From an uncultured Chloroflexia bacterium (GTDB taxonomy: Bacteria; Chloroflexota; Limnocylindria; Limnocylindrales; CSP1-4), in the NCBI GenBank assembly GCA_963810285.1, contig CAWEMV010000002.1, positions 2,869,643-2,933,642 of the forward strand: a DNA stretch of 64,000 bases. Reading direction: 5' to 3'. The position numbers and the translations under genes are program-made. Positions 9,732 to 20,188 of this stretch are shown here, one piece after another. The notes below the pieces were generated by a model. It was not told where the DNA came from, did not search any database, and saw only the letters and a list, made by a program, of their open reading frames with translations. Each line of letters begins with the position of its first letter. Within the stretch, counting starts at the first letter, position 1.

Positions 9732-11085
9732 CGGCGCGCAATGGTCGGCGTGTCGGGCGCTGTGGCGCCACGGCCACGAACTCGTCGTCGCGGAGACCGA
9801 ACAGGCTGGCCCGGCGGGCCCACTCCTGGCGAACGAGCACGCGCATGATCGAGCGGGTGACGACGATCGCGCTGAACATCGATGTCAGGACGCCGATGAT
9901 CAGGACCAGCGCGAAGCCGCGGATCACCGACGACCCGAAGGCGTACAGGATCGTCGCGGTGATGAGGCTCGACACGTTGGAGTCGAGGATCGAGTTCCAC
10001 GCCCGGTTGAACCCGGCCTCCACGGCCGCGGGCAGGGACTTGCCGATCCGCAGCTCCTCCTTCATCCGCTCGAAGATCAGGATGTTGGCGTCGACCGCCA
10101 TGCCCACGGAGAGCACGAAGCCCGCGATGCCGGCCAACGTAAGCGTGACCGGGATGAGCCGGAAGATCGCGAGGACGACGATCGTGTAGTACACGAGCGC
10201 GAACGATGCGACGAGACCCGGCAGCCGGTAGTACAGCAGCATGAACGCGATCACCAGGCCGATGCCGATGGCGCCCGCCAGCAGGCTCTGGTTCAGGAAC
10301 TGCTCGCCGAGCGTCGCCGAGATCTGCTCGCTCGACAGCTCCTGGATCGGGAACGGCAGCGAGCCGAACTTCAGGACCGTCACCAGCGAGTTGGCCTCCT
10401 TGGCTGGAAAGCCGCCGATGCTGCCGGCGCTGATCTGGACCTGCCCGTTCGGGATCGACTGGTTGATGACCGGTGCCGAGATGACGTTGCCGTCGAGGGC
10501 GATGGCGAAGTACTCGCCGACGTGATTTGCGGTGTAGTCAGCGAACTTCTTCGCGCCGTCATCCTTGAGGACGAAATTGACCGTGAGCCCGCCCGACTGC
10601 TGGTCCTGGCCGACCGCGGCGGACTGGATCTGGTCGCCACCGAACAGTGGCGGGAACTGCTCGAGATCGATCGTCTGGCCCTCGGTCATCTGGGTGGTGC
10701 CGAGGGGCACGAAGTCGAGCTGGCCGGTCTGGCCGACGAGCCGGCGGACGCTGTCGACGTCGGTGATGCCGGGCAGCTCGATGACGACGCGGTCACTGCC
10801 CTGGACGACGACCACCGGCTCCGACACGCCGGTCGTATTCACGCGGCGCTCGATGATGTCCTTGATGACGCCCATCGCCTCGGGCGTCGGGTTGACGCCA
10901 TCCTTGGGGAGGGCCTGGTACTCGACCCGGAGGCCACCCTCGAGGTCGAGGCCGAGCTTGGTCTCGATGGTTCGCCACGTCCCGTCGGTCGACGCCACGT
11001 CGGGCAGCCTGAGACCGGGGAAGAAGACGATGAGGAGAGAGATGACACCGATGAGGACGATGAGGAAGGGGCCGGCTCTGCGCAT
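9724..11085 (-). CDS. secD: Protein translocase subunit SecD
   Basis: TM1 is followed by a periplasmic domain (LGLDLEGGLRVEYQ) and a 6-TM RND-like core (GIAGFVLSVGMAVDANILIFERMKEE). Confidence 0.9.
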   Translation of the reverse strand: MRRAGPFLIVLIGVISLLIVFFPGLRLPDVASTDGTWRTIETKLGLDLEGGLRVEYQALPKDGVNPTPEAMGVIKDIIERRVNTTGVSEPVVVVQGSDRVVIELPGITDVDSVRRLVGQTGQLDFVPLGTTQMTEGQTIDLEQFPPLFGGDQIQSAAVGQDQQSGGLTVNFVLKDDGAKKFADYTANHVGEYFAIALDGNVISAPVINQSIPNGQVQISAGSIGGFPAKEANSLVTVLKFGSLPFPIQELSSEQISATLGEQFLNQSLLAGAIGIGLVIAFMLLYYRLPGLVASFALVYYTIVVLAIFRLIPVTLTLAGIAGFVLSVGMAVDANILIFERMKEELRIGKSLPAAVEAGFNRAWNSILDSNVSSLITATILYAFGSSVIRGFALVLIIGVLTSMFSAIVVTRSIMRVLVRQEWARRASLFGLRDDEFVAVAPQRPTRRPLRADV

Positions 11086-11123
11086 ACCGGCGGGATGCTA
11101 CACGAAAGGCCCCCGGACCGCCG

Positions 11124-12977
11124 TCAGGCCTCCAGCGTCGCCTTGATCCGCTCGGCCAGGGCGCGGCTGATGCCCGGCACTGCGGCGATCTGCTCGACGG
11201 GCGCCTCGCGCACGCGCTTGATCGAGCCGAACACTTTGAGCAGCTCGCGCTTGCGCTTCGGCCCGACGCCGGGCAGGTCGTCGAACGCCGAGCGGACCGT
11301 CCGGCGGTCGCGCAGCGTCCGGTGGTAGGTGATCGCGAACCGGTGCGCCTCGTCGCGGAGGCGCTGGACGAGGTAGAGCGCCGATGACGTCGGCGGCAGC
11401 ACGACCGGATCCGGGCGCCGCGGCAGGAAGAGCTCCTCGCGCTCCTTGGCGAGCCCGGCGAGTGGCAGGTCGTGCAGTCCCAGCTCATCAAGGACCAGCT
11501 TCGCCCCATTCACCTGCGGCTTGCCGCCGTCGACGATGACGAGGTCGGGCATCGCCCAGCGGCGCTCCTCCTCGCTCCCCTCCTCGCCCGACTTGGTCGC
11601 GCGGAACCGCCGCCGCAGGACCTCCTGGTGGCTGGCGACGTCGTTGGGCCCCTCGACCGTGCGGATCCGGAAGCGGCGGTACTCACCCGACCGCGGCTTG
11701 CCATCCTCGAACACGACCATGCTCCCCACCGACTCGGCGCCCTGGAAGTTCGAGATGTCGTAGCACTCGATGCGGAACGGGGGGCCCGGCATCTCGAGCG
11801 CGGTCGCCAGCTCCTCGAGCGCCGCCAGGGTCTTGCCCTGGTCGGCCAGCCAGCGGGCCTGCTCGCGGGCGAGCGTCTCGGCCGCGTTGCGTCCGGCCAG
11901 CTCCATGAGGTCCCGCTTCTCGCCGCGCTGGGGCGTGCGCAGGTGGACGGGACCGCCGCGCTTCTCGACGAGGAACGTCTGGAGATCGGCCGTCTCGGTC
12001 ACGCCGTCGGGCAGGTAGATCTCGCGCGGGATCGACGTCGCGCGCGTGTAGTACTGCTCGAGGAAGCTCGCCACGACCTCGGCGTCCGGCGCCTCCCGCG
12101 CCGCATCGAGCAGGTAGACGTCGCGGCCGATCATCTTCCCGTCGCGGATGATGAACAACGTCACCGCGGCCTGGTTGTCCTGGCGCGCCATGCCGACGAG
12201 GTCGAGCTCGGTCCGAGCGAAGGCCGCCATCTTCTGGCTCTCCATCGTCCGCTCGATCGCCCGGATCTTGTCGCGGTGGCCGGCCGCCCGCTCGTACTCC
12301 TGGCGGTCGGACGCGACCGCCATCTCGCGCCGGAGCGCCTTCACGAGCGTCTCCTGTCGTCCCTCGAGGAACAGCTCGACCTGCTCGATGTCGGCGCGAT
12401 AGTCGGCCTTCGAGATCGCCTCGATGCACGGTCCCTGGCAGCGCTTGATGTGGAATAGCAGACACGGCCGCTGGAGCGCCCGCTGCCCATCGCGGATGTC
12501 GATCGTGCAGGTGCGGAACGGGAAGAGCCGCCGGACCAGGTTCATCGACTCGTCGACGCTCGTCGCCGACGCGTACGGGCCGAAGTAGCGGCTGCCGTCG
12601 TTGACGAGCTTGCGCGTCCGCTCGACGCGTGGGAAGTCGTCGGCCGACGTGACCTTGATGTACGGGTAGCTCTTGTCGTCCTTGAGGCGGACGTTGAAGC
12701 GCGGCTTGAACCGCTTGATGAGGTTCGCCTCGAGCAGCAGCGCCTCGCTCACGCTGTCGACCTCGGTGACCTCGACGTCGGCGATCCGGTCGACCACCGC
12801 GCGGATCCGGTGGCCCTCGAGGTGGGCCGGCGCCTGCTTCTGCCAATAGCTGCGCACGCGGTGGCGCAGGCTCTGCGCCTTGCCGACGTAGAGCACGACG
12901 CCCGTGGCGTCCTTCATCAGGTAGACGCCGGGGCGATCGGGCAGGCGCTTGAGGGTCGCCTCGAGCTCGGGGGTCAC
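11124..12977 (-). CDS. uvrC: Excinuclease ABC subunit C
   Basis: GIY-YIG motif (PGVYLMKDATGVVLYVGKAQSLRHR), a UVR domain, and a C-terminal (HhH)2 (LDDLPGVGPKRKRELLKVFGS). GTG start, with TAGCAT 6 nt upstream. Confidence 0.95.
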   Translation of the reverse strand: MTPELEATLKRLPDRPGVYLMKDATGVVLYVGKAQSLRHRVRSYWQKQAPAHLEGHRIRAVVDRIADVEVTEVDSVSEALLLEANLIKRFKPRFNVRLKDDKSYPYIKVTSADDFPRVERTRKLVNDGSRYFGPYASATSVDESMNLVRRLFPFRTCTIDIRDGQRALQRPCLLFHIKRCQGPCIEAISKADYRADIEQVELFLEGRQETLVKALRREMAVASDRQEYERAAGHRDKIRAIERTMESQKMAAFARTELDLVGMARQDNQAAVTLFIIRDGKMIGRDVYLLDAAREAPDAEVVASFLEQYYTRATSIPREIYLPDGVTETADLQTFLVEKRGGPVHLRTPQRGEKRDLMELAGRNAAETLAREQARWLADQGKTLAALEELATALEMPGPPFRIECYDISNFQGAESVGSMVVFEDGKPRSGEYRRFRIRTVEGPNDVASHQEVLRRRFRATKSGEEGSEEERRWAMPDLVIVDGGKPQVNGAKLVLDELGLHDLPLAGLAKEREELFLPRRPDPVVLPPTSSALYLVQRLRDEAHRFAITYHRTLRDRRTVRSAFDDLPGVGPKRKRELLKVFGSIKRVREAPVEQIAAVPGISRALAERIKATLEA

Positions 12978-13011
12978 CCCGCGATGCTAGGGCAACTCGG
13001 CAGGAGGCGAG

Positions 13012-14457
13012 TCAGGGGCGACGCGGGTGGAGCCCTTGCCGGTGGTGCATGCCGTACCCGTGCCCTCGGGGTGCCTCGATCCTGACCTTCGGCTGGGACG
13101 ACGGACGCGTCATCTTGGCCGCCTGATCACCACGCAGGTCGAGCACGAAGGAACCCGCGACGAGGGCGTTCATCGTCGCCGTGACCGTGTAGCACGAGCC
13201 GGCCAGTCGTGACGTGTCGAGTGCATGGTTCCACCGACCACCGCCCCACGTGAGGTCGACGTACGAGGTCGATCCGCCACCGCACGGCGTGAGCGTCAGC
13301 CCGGCATCGCCGGCGCGTCGCTCCCGACCGTCGACGAAAAGCCGCACCTTGACAGGGAGCGTCCGGCCGCGGTTCGCGACGAATGTGCCCTCCGACCCGG
13401 CGACCGGCTCCAGCCAGCTGGCGGTCGCGCTGTGTCCGGGTGTGGGTGCGATCAGGTCGACGGTCACGTGGAACCAGCCGACGCTCGCGTTCCCGTTCGC
13501 GTCTGTCGCGGTACAGGTCACGGGCGTCGTCCCGATCGGGAAGGCCGAGCCGCTGACAGGGTCGCAGGCCACGCTAGGGTGGGAGTCGACGACGTCGGCG
13601 GCGGTCGGGTCGACGAACGTGACCACGGCGCCTGCGGCGTCGGAGGTCGTCACCGACAGGTCGGCCGGCATCGCCGCCAGGACCGGCGGCGTCGTGTCGA
13701 CGACGGTCACGTCGAACCCATCGCTGTCGGATGCGCCGGCTGCGTCGGTGACCGAACACGACACACTCGTCGTTCCGAGCGGCAGGATGCTGCCGACGGT
13801 CGGCGTGCAGGAGGGTGCTGGATCCGGGTCGTCTTCGGAATCGGTCGCTCCGACTGCCCATGCGGCGATCCATCCGCCACTCCTGTCACCCTCGACCGTG
13901 AACGATGCGGGCACGCTCAGCACCGGCGGGGTATTGGCCACGACGCGCAGCATGAGGTCGACGGCGGTCAGGCGGCTGATCGCGCCGCCGTCGTTGTTGC
14001 CGGCTGGCTGGAGCGCCCGGTCCCAGACGATCGTGAACGTGTGCATCCCCGGGGTCGTCGGTGCACGAAGCGTGACGCGGCTCAGGGCGCCGTCCTCCTG
14101 CTTCTGGCCGGCGCAACCTTCACCGTCCGTCGGCCACGCCGTGGTCAGCGGCGCCAGCGTCGCGTTGGTCACGCTGACGACCGCGCCATCGTCGGGCACG
14201 GTGCCACCACCGGAGTGACTGAGCACGACGGACTGGTTGGCGTCGATGTGGTTGAGGCTGAAGCACGTGACGACGAAACGCACATCGGTCACGACCGTTG
14301 CGCCCGGGGCCACGTCGCCCAGATCGCGCGTCGCCTCGATGGTCGTAGTGGCAGGGTCGGCGTCGGCGGGAACCGTGTCCGCGGCGGCGGTGCCGGTGAA
14401 CGCCAGCAGCGCGCCGAGGGAGAGGATGGCAGCCCGGCGGAGCGGTCGGTGATGCAT
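13012..14457 (-). CDS. Secreted protein with tandem HYR-like (hyalin repeat) Ig-fold domains
   Basis: Signal peptide MHHRPLRRAAILSLGALLAFTGTAAA. Two HYR-like units are present: TPPVLSVPASFTVEG...LPLGTTSVSCSVTDAAGASDSDGFDVTVVDTTPPVL and ADLSVTT...FPIGTTPVTCTATDANGNASVGWFHVTV. A GGGAG SD lies 11 nt upstream of the ATG at 14457. Confidence 0.65.
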   Translation of the reverse strand: MHHRPLRRAAILSLGALLAFTGTAAADTVPADADPATTTIEATRDLGDVAPGATVVTDVRFVVTCFSLNHIDANQSVVLSHSGGGTVPDDGAVVSVTNATLAPLTTAWPTDGEGCAGQKQEDGALSRVTLRAPTTPGMHTFTIVWDRALQPAGNNDGGAISRLTAVDLMLRVVANTPPVLSVPASFTVEGDRSGGWIAAWAVGATDSEDDPDPAPSCTPTVGSILPLGTTSVSCSVTDAAGASDSDGFDVTVVDTTPPVLAAMPADLSVTTSDAAGAVVTFVDPTAADVVDSHPSVACDPVSGSAFPIGTTPVTCTATDANGNASVGWFHVTVDLIAPTPGHSATASWLEPVAGSEGTFVANRGRTLPVKVRLFVDGRERRAGDAGLTLTPCGGGSTSYVDLTWGGGRWNHALDTSRLAGSCYTVTATMNALVAGSFVLDLRGDQAAKMTRPSSQPKVRIEAPRGHGYGMHHRQGLHPRRP

Positions 14458-14594
14458 CGCGGCGATGACTCCCTGCCCTTGGACCCGATCGACGCGCCGT
14501 CGGGTCCGTCGTGGTCGTATCGTCGCGCGGAGCCGAGATGCCGCCATGACCCTATCGTGCGGTTCGTTGCGTGGCCGCGCCCCCCGTCGGTACC

Positions 14595-14643
14595 GGTTCG
14601 GTGACAGGAATCACCGAACCCGCGCCGTTCGGCCCGGGTTCGG
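14595..14643 (-). terminator. Two mutually exclusive hairpins downstream of the NPP/5'-nucleotidase gene
   Basis: GGTTCGGTGA (14595-14604) pairs with TCACCGAACC (14611-14620), 10 bp. CCGAACCCG (14614-14622) pairs with CGGGTTCGG (14635-14643), 9 bp. The two stems share 14614-14620. There is no U-tract. Confidence 0.3.
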
Positions 14644-14665
14644 AGGTCGCAAGGCCTTTGGCAGA

Positions 14666-17600
14666 TCAGCCCTTGATGAACCGGCCCTCCACGACCGGGG
14701 CGACCGGCGAGTTGGCGCCGATGTAGTCGATGACGATGTCCAGGAGCGCATCACCCGGCTGCAGCACGTCGGTGCCGGCCGCGAGCGCGGCGTAGCCGTC
14801 GCCACCGGTGAACATGAAGTCGTTGGTGACGAGCCGGACCGTGTCGGTCGGGCCGACCGGCGTGAGCGGACCGGCCGGCCCGCTCGGCGCCTTCCAGATG
14901 CCGTCGATGACGGGCACCGTGCCATTGCAGTGGAAGGTGACCTTGAGGCCGGAGATCTGCGGTGTCCGGCCCGTGCCACCCGCGGTATCACCGCACGGTG
15001 GCTTGAATCCGTTCTCGAACGCGGCCGTGAGCTGGGCTCCGGTGTACGTGGCGATGACCGTCCGGTTGCCGAACGGCAGCACCGCGAACACCTCGCCCCA
15101 GGTGATCTCGCCGGGAGACTCGCCGGCCGACGGAGGGGTCATGAACAGGTCGGCCCGGAGGCCGCCCGAGTTGGTGAGGACCGCGTCGACCCCCGGGTAC
15201 TTGTCGCGCATCGCGTCGGCCACCATGTTGCCCATCGCCGACTCCTTGAGCCGCGCCGGGTTGTCACGAAGGATGTCGATGCTCTGCGTGCCGATGACCT
15301 GGTTGCGGAGCTCGGCCGTCTCCGCGTTGGCCGCGTCGACGATCGCCTTGACGCCCGGGTCTGGGGCGACGCCGAGGTTCTTGGCGACGCGGGTCGCGCC
15401 ACCGGCCCAGATCACGTCGTTGCCCTTGATCATCAGCTGCAGGACCGAATAGCTCGTCCCGGCGTTGATGCCCTCGGTGATGAGGATCTTGCCGCGCATC
15501 AGGTTGGAGATCCGATGGGTGTGCCCGACGATCATCGCGTCGACCGTCGTGTCGGCCAGCTGGTCGGCGATCTCCAGGATCGGACCGGTCCACGGCACCG
15601 CCGGCGCATTGCCGATGGCGTTCAGGCCATCCGCGGTCCCTTCGTGGATCACGACGACCTGGACGCGGACGCCCTGCCGGCGCAGTCGCTCCGACTCGGC
15701 GCGGATGCGCGGTCCCTCGTCGAGGAAGGTCAGCCCCGCCGTCGCACCCGCCGATACGAGCTCGGGCGTGTGCTCCAGGCCGGCGCCGATGACGCCGACC
15801 TTGACGCCGTTGACGTTGAAGACGATCGACGGACGGACCCATGGCGGGCGCCGCCCGGTCGAGGTCTGGACGATGTTGGTGGCGAGGAACGGGAAGTCGG
15901 CACGTCGCTGGTGCTCGAGCAGCCGTTCGACGCCGTAGTCGAACTCGTGGTTACCGTAGGAGGTGGCATCGAGGCCCCACTCGTTCTCGACGTCGATCGC
16001 GGGCATGTCCTGGAGGAGGCCGGAATTCGGCGGCGAAGCGCCGACGTTGTCACCAGCGGCGAGGAGCAGGGTCCGGCCGGGCAGCGCCCGGTCCTCCTCG
16101 CGGAAGAGCGTCCCCAGGTAGGACGCACCGCCGACGCTCGTGGCACGCCCGTCGACCGTCATCGTGGACGGGTCGAGCTGGCCGTGGAAGTCGTTGAGCC
16201 CGATGATCGAGACGCGCTTGATGCTCGACCCGCCCTTGACGATCTCGGTCAGCACCCGGCCCTGGCTGTGCTGGGGCTCCGGGACGCCGAGCAGGAAGGC
16301 GAGGGTCGGGGCGAGGTCGATGGTCCGCGCGTTGACGGATCGCTTGACGATGTTGGTGCCACCGGCCAGGAACGTCGCGCGCATGTTGATGTCATGGCGG
16401 ACGTCCTGGACGTCGGGCACGTAGCCGTGCTGGCCGAAGAAATGCGACGGCGCGATCAGCGTGCCGGGCGTCGCCGCGTCGAACTGGTAGGGCGGAGCGG
16501 AGAAGACCACCAGGTCGCCGGTCCGCGTCGGGTGGGCCATGTCGGTGGTCGAGCCCGATCCGTTCGGGATGTACCGGGATTCGGCCTTGGTGAACGCGCG
16601 ATCGATGACCTTCCAGCGCTCGGGCCGGCCATCGTGCGTCCAGTCGTTCGGGTCGGACAGGCCCAGGAACTTCGCCTTGATCGCGGCGACGGTGGCCGCC
16701 TCGTCGGCGGCCGCCACCTGCGTGAACGCCGCGTTGACCGGGTCCCGCCCGGCCAGGTTGAGGTAGATCTGGACCGCGCCGCCGGCCCAGCAAGCCTTGG
16801 CCTTGCCGATGGTCTCGCCCACGTTCGGCCGGCAGTTCGACGTCTGCGGGTGTGAGAGCAGGCCGAGGTCGACCAGCGCCTTGCTGGCGTCGATCGCCAG
16901 GAACTGCGGCGCGAAGCCGTGGTCGGACGCCACGAACGTGGTCGGGTTGTTGCCCATCAGCCGCCGGGCCAGCCGCAGCGTCTGGTCGGATTCCTTGTAC
17001 GCCTCGCGGATGAACCCCTCGCGGGCACGCACCCGCCCATCTCTGACGCCGTCGAGCTCGACGTCGTCATACGCGGGGTTGCGCGCACCGTTGCCGAGCC
17101 TCGGGCTGACGAGCCCGAGGAACTGGTGCTGGAACTCGTCGGTCGTGGGCATGCCGACGAGCAGCAGGTCGGGCTTGTAGGTCTTGGCCACGTACTCGAG
17201 GATCGGCCAGTGGCCGGTCGACCAGAACAGGCCCTGCTCGACATACGTCTCCTCGCTCACGACGCCCGCCTCGAGCACAGCGAAGTCGGCCGCGGTGGAG
17301 CTCGGGAACCGGACCGCGAGGAACTCGTCGAATGTGCCGGTGAAGCCCGCGGCACCCGGCCACGTCGGCCAGCTGGCGATCGCGCGCGCCACGGAGGTGT
17401 GGAACAGCCGCACGCGCTCGAGGTCCGGCGAGAGCGTCTCGACCTTCACGTAGAAGCCGGCGGTGAGGCCGGCCAGGGCACCACCGATGATCTTGACCTT
17501 GACGTCGCCCCACTCCCCCTCGGCGAGGTCGGCGACGCTGGCGCTACCGTCCTTGGAGGGCGAGAACAGGACGCGGTCGTAGTTGACCGTGCCGTCGTCG

Positions 17601-18370
17601 GTCGAGTCGTAGATGTAGGCGTCCAGGCCGTACTTGTCGGTCCCGAAGTCGATGACGCGGAGGCGCATCTCCATCGCGTCGCTGTTCGATGCCGGCACGT
17701 TCGTCCAGCCGGTCGCAGGGCGCGGCTCCGCACCCGCGAAGGGCGCCTGGCCGGCGAACCCGGCCGGGTGGTCGAACTGCAGCCCGAACGAGGTGACGAA
17801 GGCGGCGTCGTCGAACAGGTCGTCGCCGACGGCGCCGATGAAGTTCGTCGCGACGCCGCGACCCGACAGGAACGTGCGGAAGTCGACGGTCGGACCCTGG
17901 ATCGTCGCGTTGCGGCCACCGGCCCACTCGACCTGGGCGACCTTCAGCCCGGCACGCTCGGCCGACTGGGCGATCGACTCGGCCTGCAGGACGCCCGCGT
18001 CGAAGGCGGCGGTCCGGTTGCCGAAGGGCTGGCCGTTGATGTGGAACGTGTTGTTGGTCGATCCGTGGACGCCCGGCCACGCGCCGGTCGCCAGCGAGTA
18101 CCAACCGGCGCCGGTGTTCGGCGGAGCCTGGGTCCGCAATCCGCCACCGGATGCGGATGCGCCGTTCCGAAGGAACTGGCGCATGGTCGGCATCAGCCCG
18201 TCGGCCGCGTATTTGGCGACCTTGTCCTGACGCAGCCCATCGGAGGCGAAGAACACCGCCTTCGCCGATCCGCCGACCGGGCTCTTGGCCGCTGACGCGG
18301 CTGGGACGATGCTGGCCATGAGGACCAGGACACTGACCAGGACGAGCAGGCGCGAACGGTAGCGGCTCAC
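14666..18370 (-). CDS. Secreted fusion: nucleotide pyrophosphatase/phosphodiesterase-like (alkaline phosphatase superfamily) domain plus 5'-nucleotidase (metallophosphoesterase with C-terminal domain)
   Basis: It has a signal peptide. The N-terminal half (nt ~16229-18370) carries [39 protein letters not shown] and FGQHGYVP. The C-terminal half (nt 14666-16228) carries [30 protein letters not shown] and VVIHEG. A GGAGGAGG SD precedes the GTG at 18370. Confidence 0.8.
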   Translation of the reverse strand: MSRYRSRLLVLVSVLVLMASIVPAASAAKSPVGGSAKAVFFASDGLRQDKVAKYAADGLMPTMRQFLRNGASASGGGLRTQAPPNTGAGWYSLATGAWPGVHGSTNNTFHINGQPFGNRTAAFDAGVLQAESIAQSAERAGLKVAQVEWAGGRNATIQGPTVDFRTFLSGRGVATNFIGAVGDDLFDDAAFVTSFGLQFDHPAGFAGQAPFAGAEPRPATGWTNVPASNSDAMEMRLRVIDFGTDKYGLDAYIYDSTDDGTVNYDRVLFSPSKDGSASVADLAEGEWGDVKVKIIGGALAGLTAGFYVKVETLSPDLERVRLFHTSVARAIASWPTWPGAAGFTGTFDEFLAVRFPSSTAADFAVLEAGVVSEETYVEQGLFWSTGHWPILEYVAKTYKPDLLLVGMPTTDEFQHQFLGLVSPRLGNGARNPAYDDVELDGVRDGRVRAREGFIREAYKESDQTLRLARRLMGNNPTTFVASDHGFAPQFLAIDASKALVDLGLLSHPQTSNCRPNVGETIGKAKACWAGGAVQIYLNLAGRDPVNAAFTQVAAADEAATVAAIKAKFLGLSDPNDWTHDGRPERWKVIDRAFTKAESRYIPNGSGSTTDMAHPTRTGDLVVFSAPPYQFDAATPGTLIAPSHFFGQHGYVPDVQDVRHDINMRATFLAGGTNIVKRSVNARTIDLAPTLAFLLGVPEPQHSQGRVLTEIVKGGSSIKRVSIIGLNDFHGQLDPSTMTVDGRATSVGGASYLGTLFREEDRALPGRTLLLAAGDNVGASPPNSGLLQDMPAIDVENEWGLDATSYGNHEFDYGVERLLEHQRRADFPFLATNIVQTSTGRRPPWVRPSIVFNVNGVKVGVIGAGLEHTPELVSAGATAGLTFLDEGPRIRAESERLRRQGVRVQVVVIHEGTADGLNAIGNAPAVPWTGPILEIADQLADTTVDAMIVGHTHRISNLMRGKILITEGINAGTSYSVLQLMIKGNDVIWAGGATRVAKNLGVAPDPGVKAIVDAANAETAELRNQVIGTQSIDILRDNPARLKESAMGNMVADAMRDKYPGVDAVLTNSGGLRADLFMTPPSAGESPGEITWGEVFAVLPFGNRTVIATYTGAQLTAAFENGFKPPCGDTAGGTGRTPQISGLKVTFHCNGTVPVIDGIWKAPSGPAGPLTPVGPTDTVRLVTNDFMFTGGDGYAALAAGTDVLQPGDALLDIVIDYIGANSPVAPVVEGRFIKG

Positions 18371-18565
18371 CGGTTCCTCCTCCAGATGCGACGCGGTCGC
18401 GGGGGGTGCTCAGGGGCGGATGGTGGCGGTATGCAGGCCGGTCCTCTCCTCGGCGGACCGACCGGATCGTGTGCGCCCAACATTACCGCGTGGTGATGCT
18501 CGTGGTAACGCCGATCGTCACCGGGTTGAGCCGCCGATACGTGTCGCGGACTAGGCTGCCGCGGC

Positions 18566-20188
18566 ATGTCCGGTCACCCCGACGTCATCGCCCGGCTGGC
18601 GCGGCTCACCGCCGATCAGCGGGCGGCGGCCACCGCACCGCCGGGTCCGGTGCTGTGCGTGGCGCCGGCCGGCTCGGGCAAGACGACGACGCTCGTCGCG
18701 CGACTCGCCTGGCTGGTCGACGGCGGCATCGATCCCGCGACCATCGCCGCGATCACCTTCAATAGGCGTGCAGCCGAAGAGCTGTCGGAACGCGCCGACG
18801 CCGCCCTCGCTCCGCTGGGTGTCGCGGCCGGAACGGTGCGCATCCGCACGTTCCACGCACTCGGCCGCGAGATCCTGCTCGACGCTGGCCGGCCGGTCGA
18901 ACCGCTCGTCGACCGCGGCGATCTCCTCGCCGAACTGTGGCCACACAGCAGCGTCGCCGAGCGGGCTCGCCTCGACACCGCGTTCTCCCGGCTCAAGCTC
19001 GACCTTGGCGTTACCGCGGCCGAGGTCGCGGCGGACGACGGCGCCGGCCCGGTCGCCCGAGCATTCGTGGCGTACGAGCGTGCCCTCACCGAGCGCGGCG
19101 CCCTCGACTTCGACGATCTGGTCGGTCGGGCCCTGGCGGTCCTCGACGGCGACGATGCGGCACTCGCCCGATGGCGCGCGCGCTGCGGCCACCTGCTTGT
19201 GGACGAGGTCCAGGACGTCGACCGCTCGCAGCTCCGTCTTGCTCTCCTCCTGGCGGCTCCGGCGAACCGCATCTTCCTCGTTGGCGACGACGACCAGTCC
19301 ATCTACGGCTGGCGCCTGGCCGATGTCCGCCGGGTGCTGGCGATCGGAGCCGCCCTGCCCGGTCTGCGCCGGGTCGATCTAGAGGTCAACCACCGCTGCC
19401 CGGCGCCGGTCGTCGACCGGGCGGTCATGCTCATCGGTCACAACGCCGAGCGATTCGACAAGGTCATCCGGCCGCGGCCGGAGGCACCAGGCACGCTGGT
19501 GCTCGCACCCGACACCACGGACGAGCCGGAGCGGACGGCCCGCCTGCTTCGGGCGTGGCCCGACGACGACGGCACGCGGGCGATCCTCGCCCGGACCAAT
19601 CGCGAGCTGCGAGCGGCCGTGGTCGCGGCGCTGGCGGCCGGCGAACCGTTCCGGGCGCCGTCGGTCGAGCTGCTGGTCGATGACCCGGCGCTGGACGGGA
19701 TGCTCGAGCGGATCGCGGCGGAGACCCCGGCCGATCTGCCGTTGCTCGTTCGGCTCGGCCGGTTCCGCGCATCGTGTCCGTGGCCCGAGCGAGCGCTGGC
19801 GACGGCCGTGATCGCCTGGGCGCCGCCGTTCGCCGATCTCGACGCGCTCTGCGTCGCCATCCAGGCGACGCGGGTGCGGCTGGCCGAGCTGCGTCGGGAC
19901 GACGCCCGGCTCTCGCTGGCGACCGCGCACTCGACCAAGGGAGCCGAGTTCGACCACGTGGCGGTGGTCGGGATGGAGGTGGGCCGCTTCCCGAGCGGGC
20001 GCGCGGTCGCCGACGCCGAAGACCCTGGCCGCGCGCTCGAGGAAGAGCGCCGTCTCGGCTACGTCGCGTGGACCCGGGCGCGGCGCTCGTTGACGCTGAG
20101 CTACGACCCCGCGGTCCCCTCCCCGTTCCTGCTCGAGGCGTTCAGCCCGGAGGAGCTTGGCGTCAGCCCCGGGCCGCCGCGCGGTTGA
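18566..20188 (+). CDS. Compact UvrD/REP-family (SF1) helicase, 540 aa
   Basis: Walker A LCVAPAGSGKTTT. Motif II HLLVDEVQDV. It also has FLVGDDDQSIYGWRLA, and C-terminal ATAHSTKGAEFDHV and LGYVAWTRAR. No nuclease domain is visible. Confidence 0.8.
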   Translation: MSGHPDVIARLARLTADQRAAATAPPGPVLCVAPAGSGKTTTLVARLAWLVDGGIDPATIAAITFNRRAAEELSERADAALAPLGVAAGTVRIRTFHALGREILLDAGRPVEPLVDRGDLLAELWPHSSVAERARLDTAFSRLKLDLGVTAAEVAADDGAGPVARAFVAYERALTERGALDFDDLVGRALAVLDGDDAALARWRARCGHLLVDEVQDVDRSQLRLALLLAAPANRIFLVGDDDQSIYGWRLADVRRVLAIGAALPGLRRVDLEVNHRCPAPVVDRAVMLIGHNAERFDKVIRPRPEAPGTLVLAPDTTDEPERTARLLRAWPDDDGTRAILARTNRELRAAVVAALAAGEPFRAPSVELLVDDPALDGMLERIAAETPADLPLLVRLGRFRASCPWPERALATAVIAWAPPFADLDALCVAIQATRVRLAELRRDDARLSLATAHSTKGAEFDHVAVVGMEVGRFPSGRAVADAEDPGRALEEERRLGYVAWTRARRSLTLSYDPAVPSPFLLEAFSPEELGVSPGPPRG

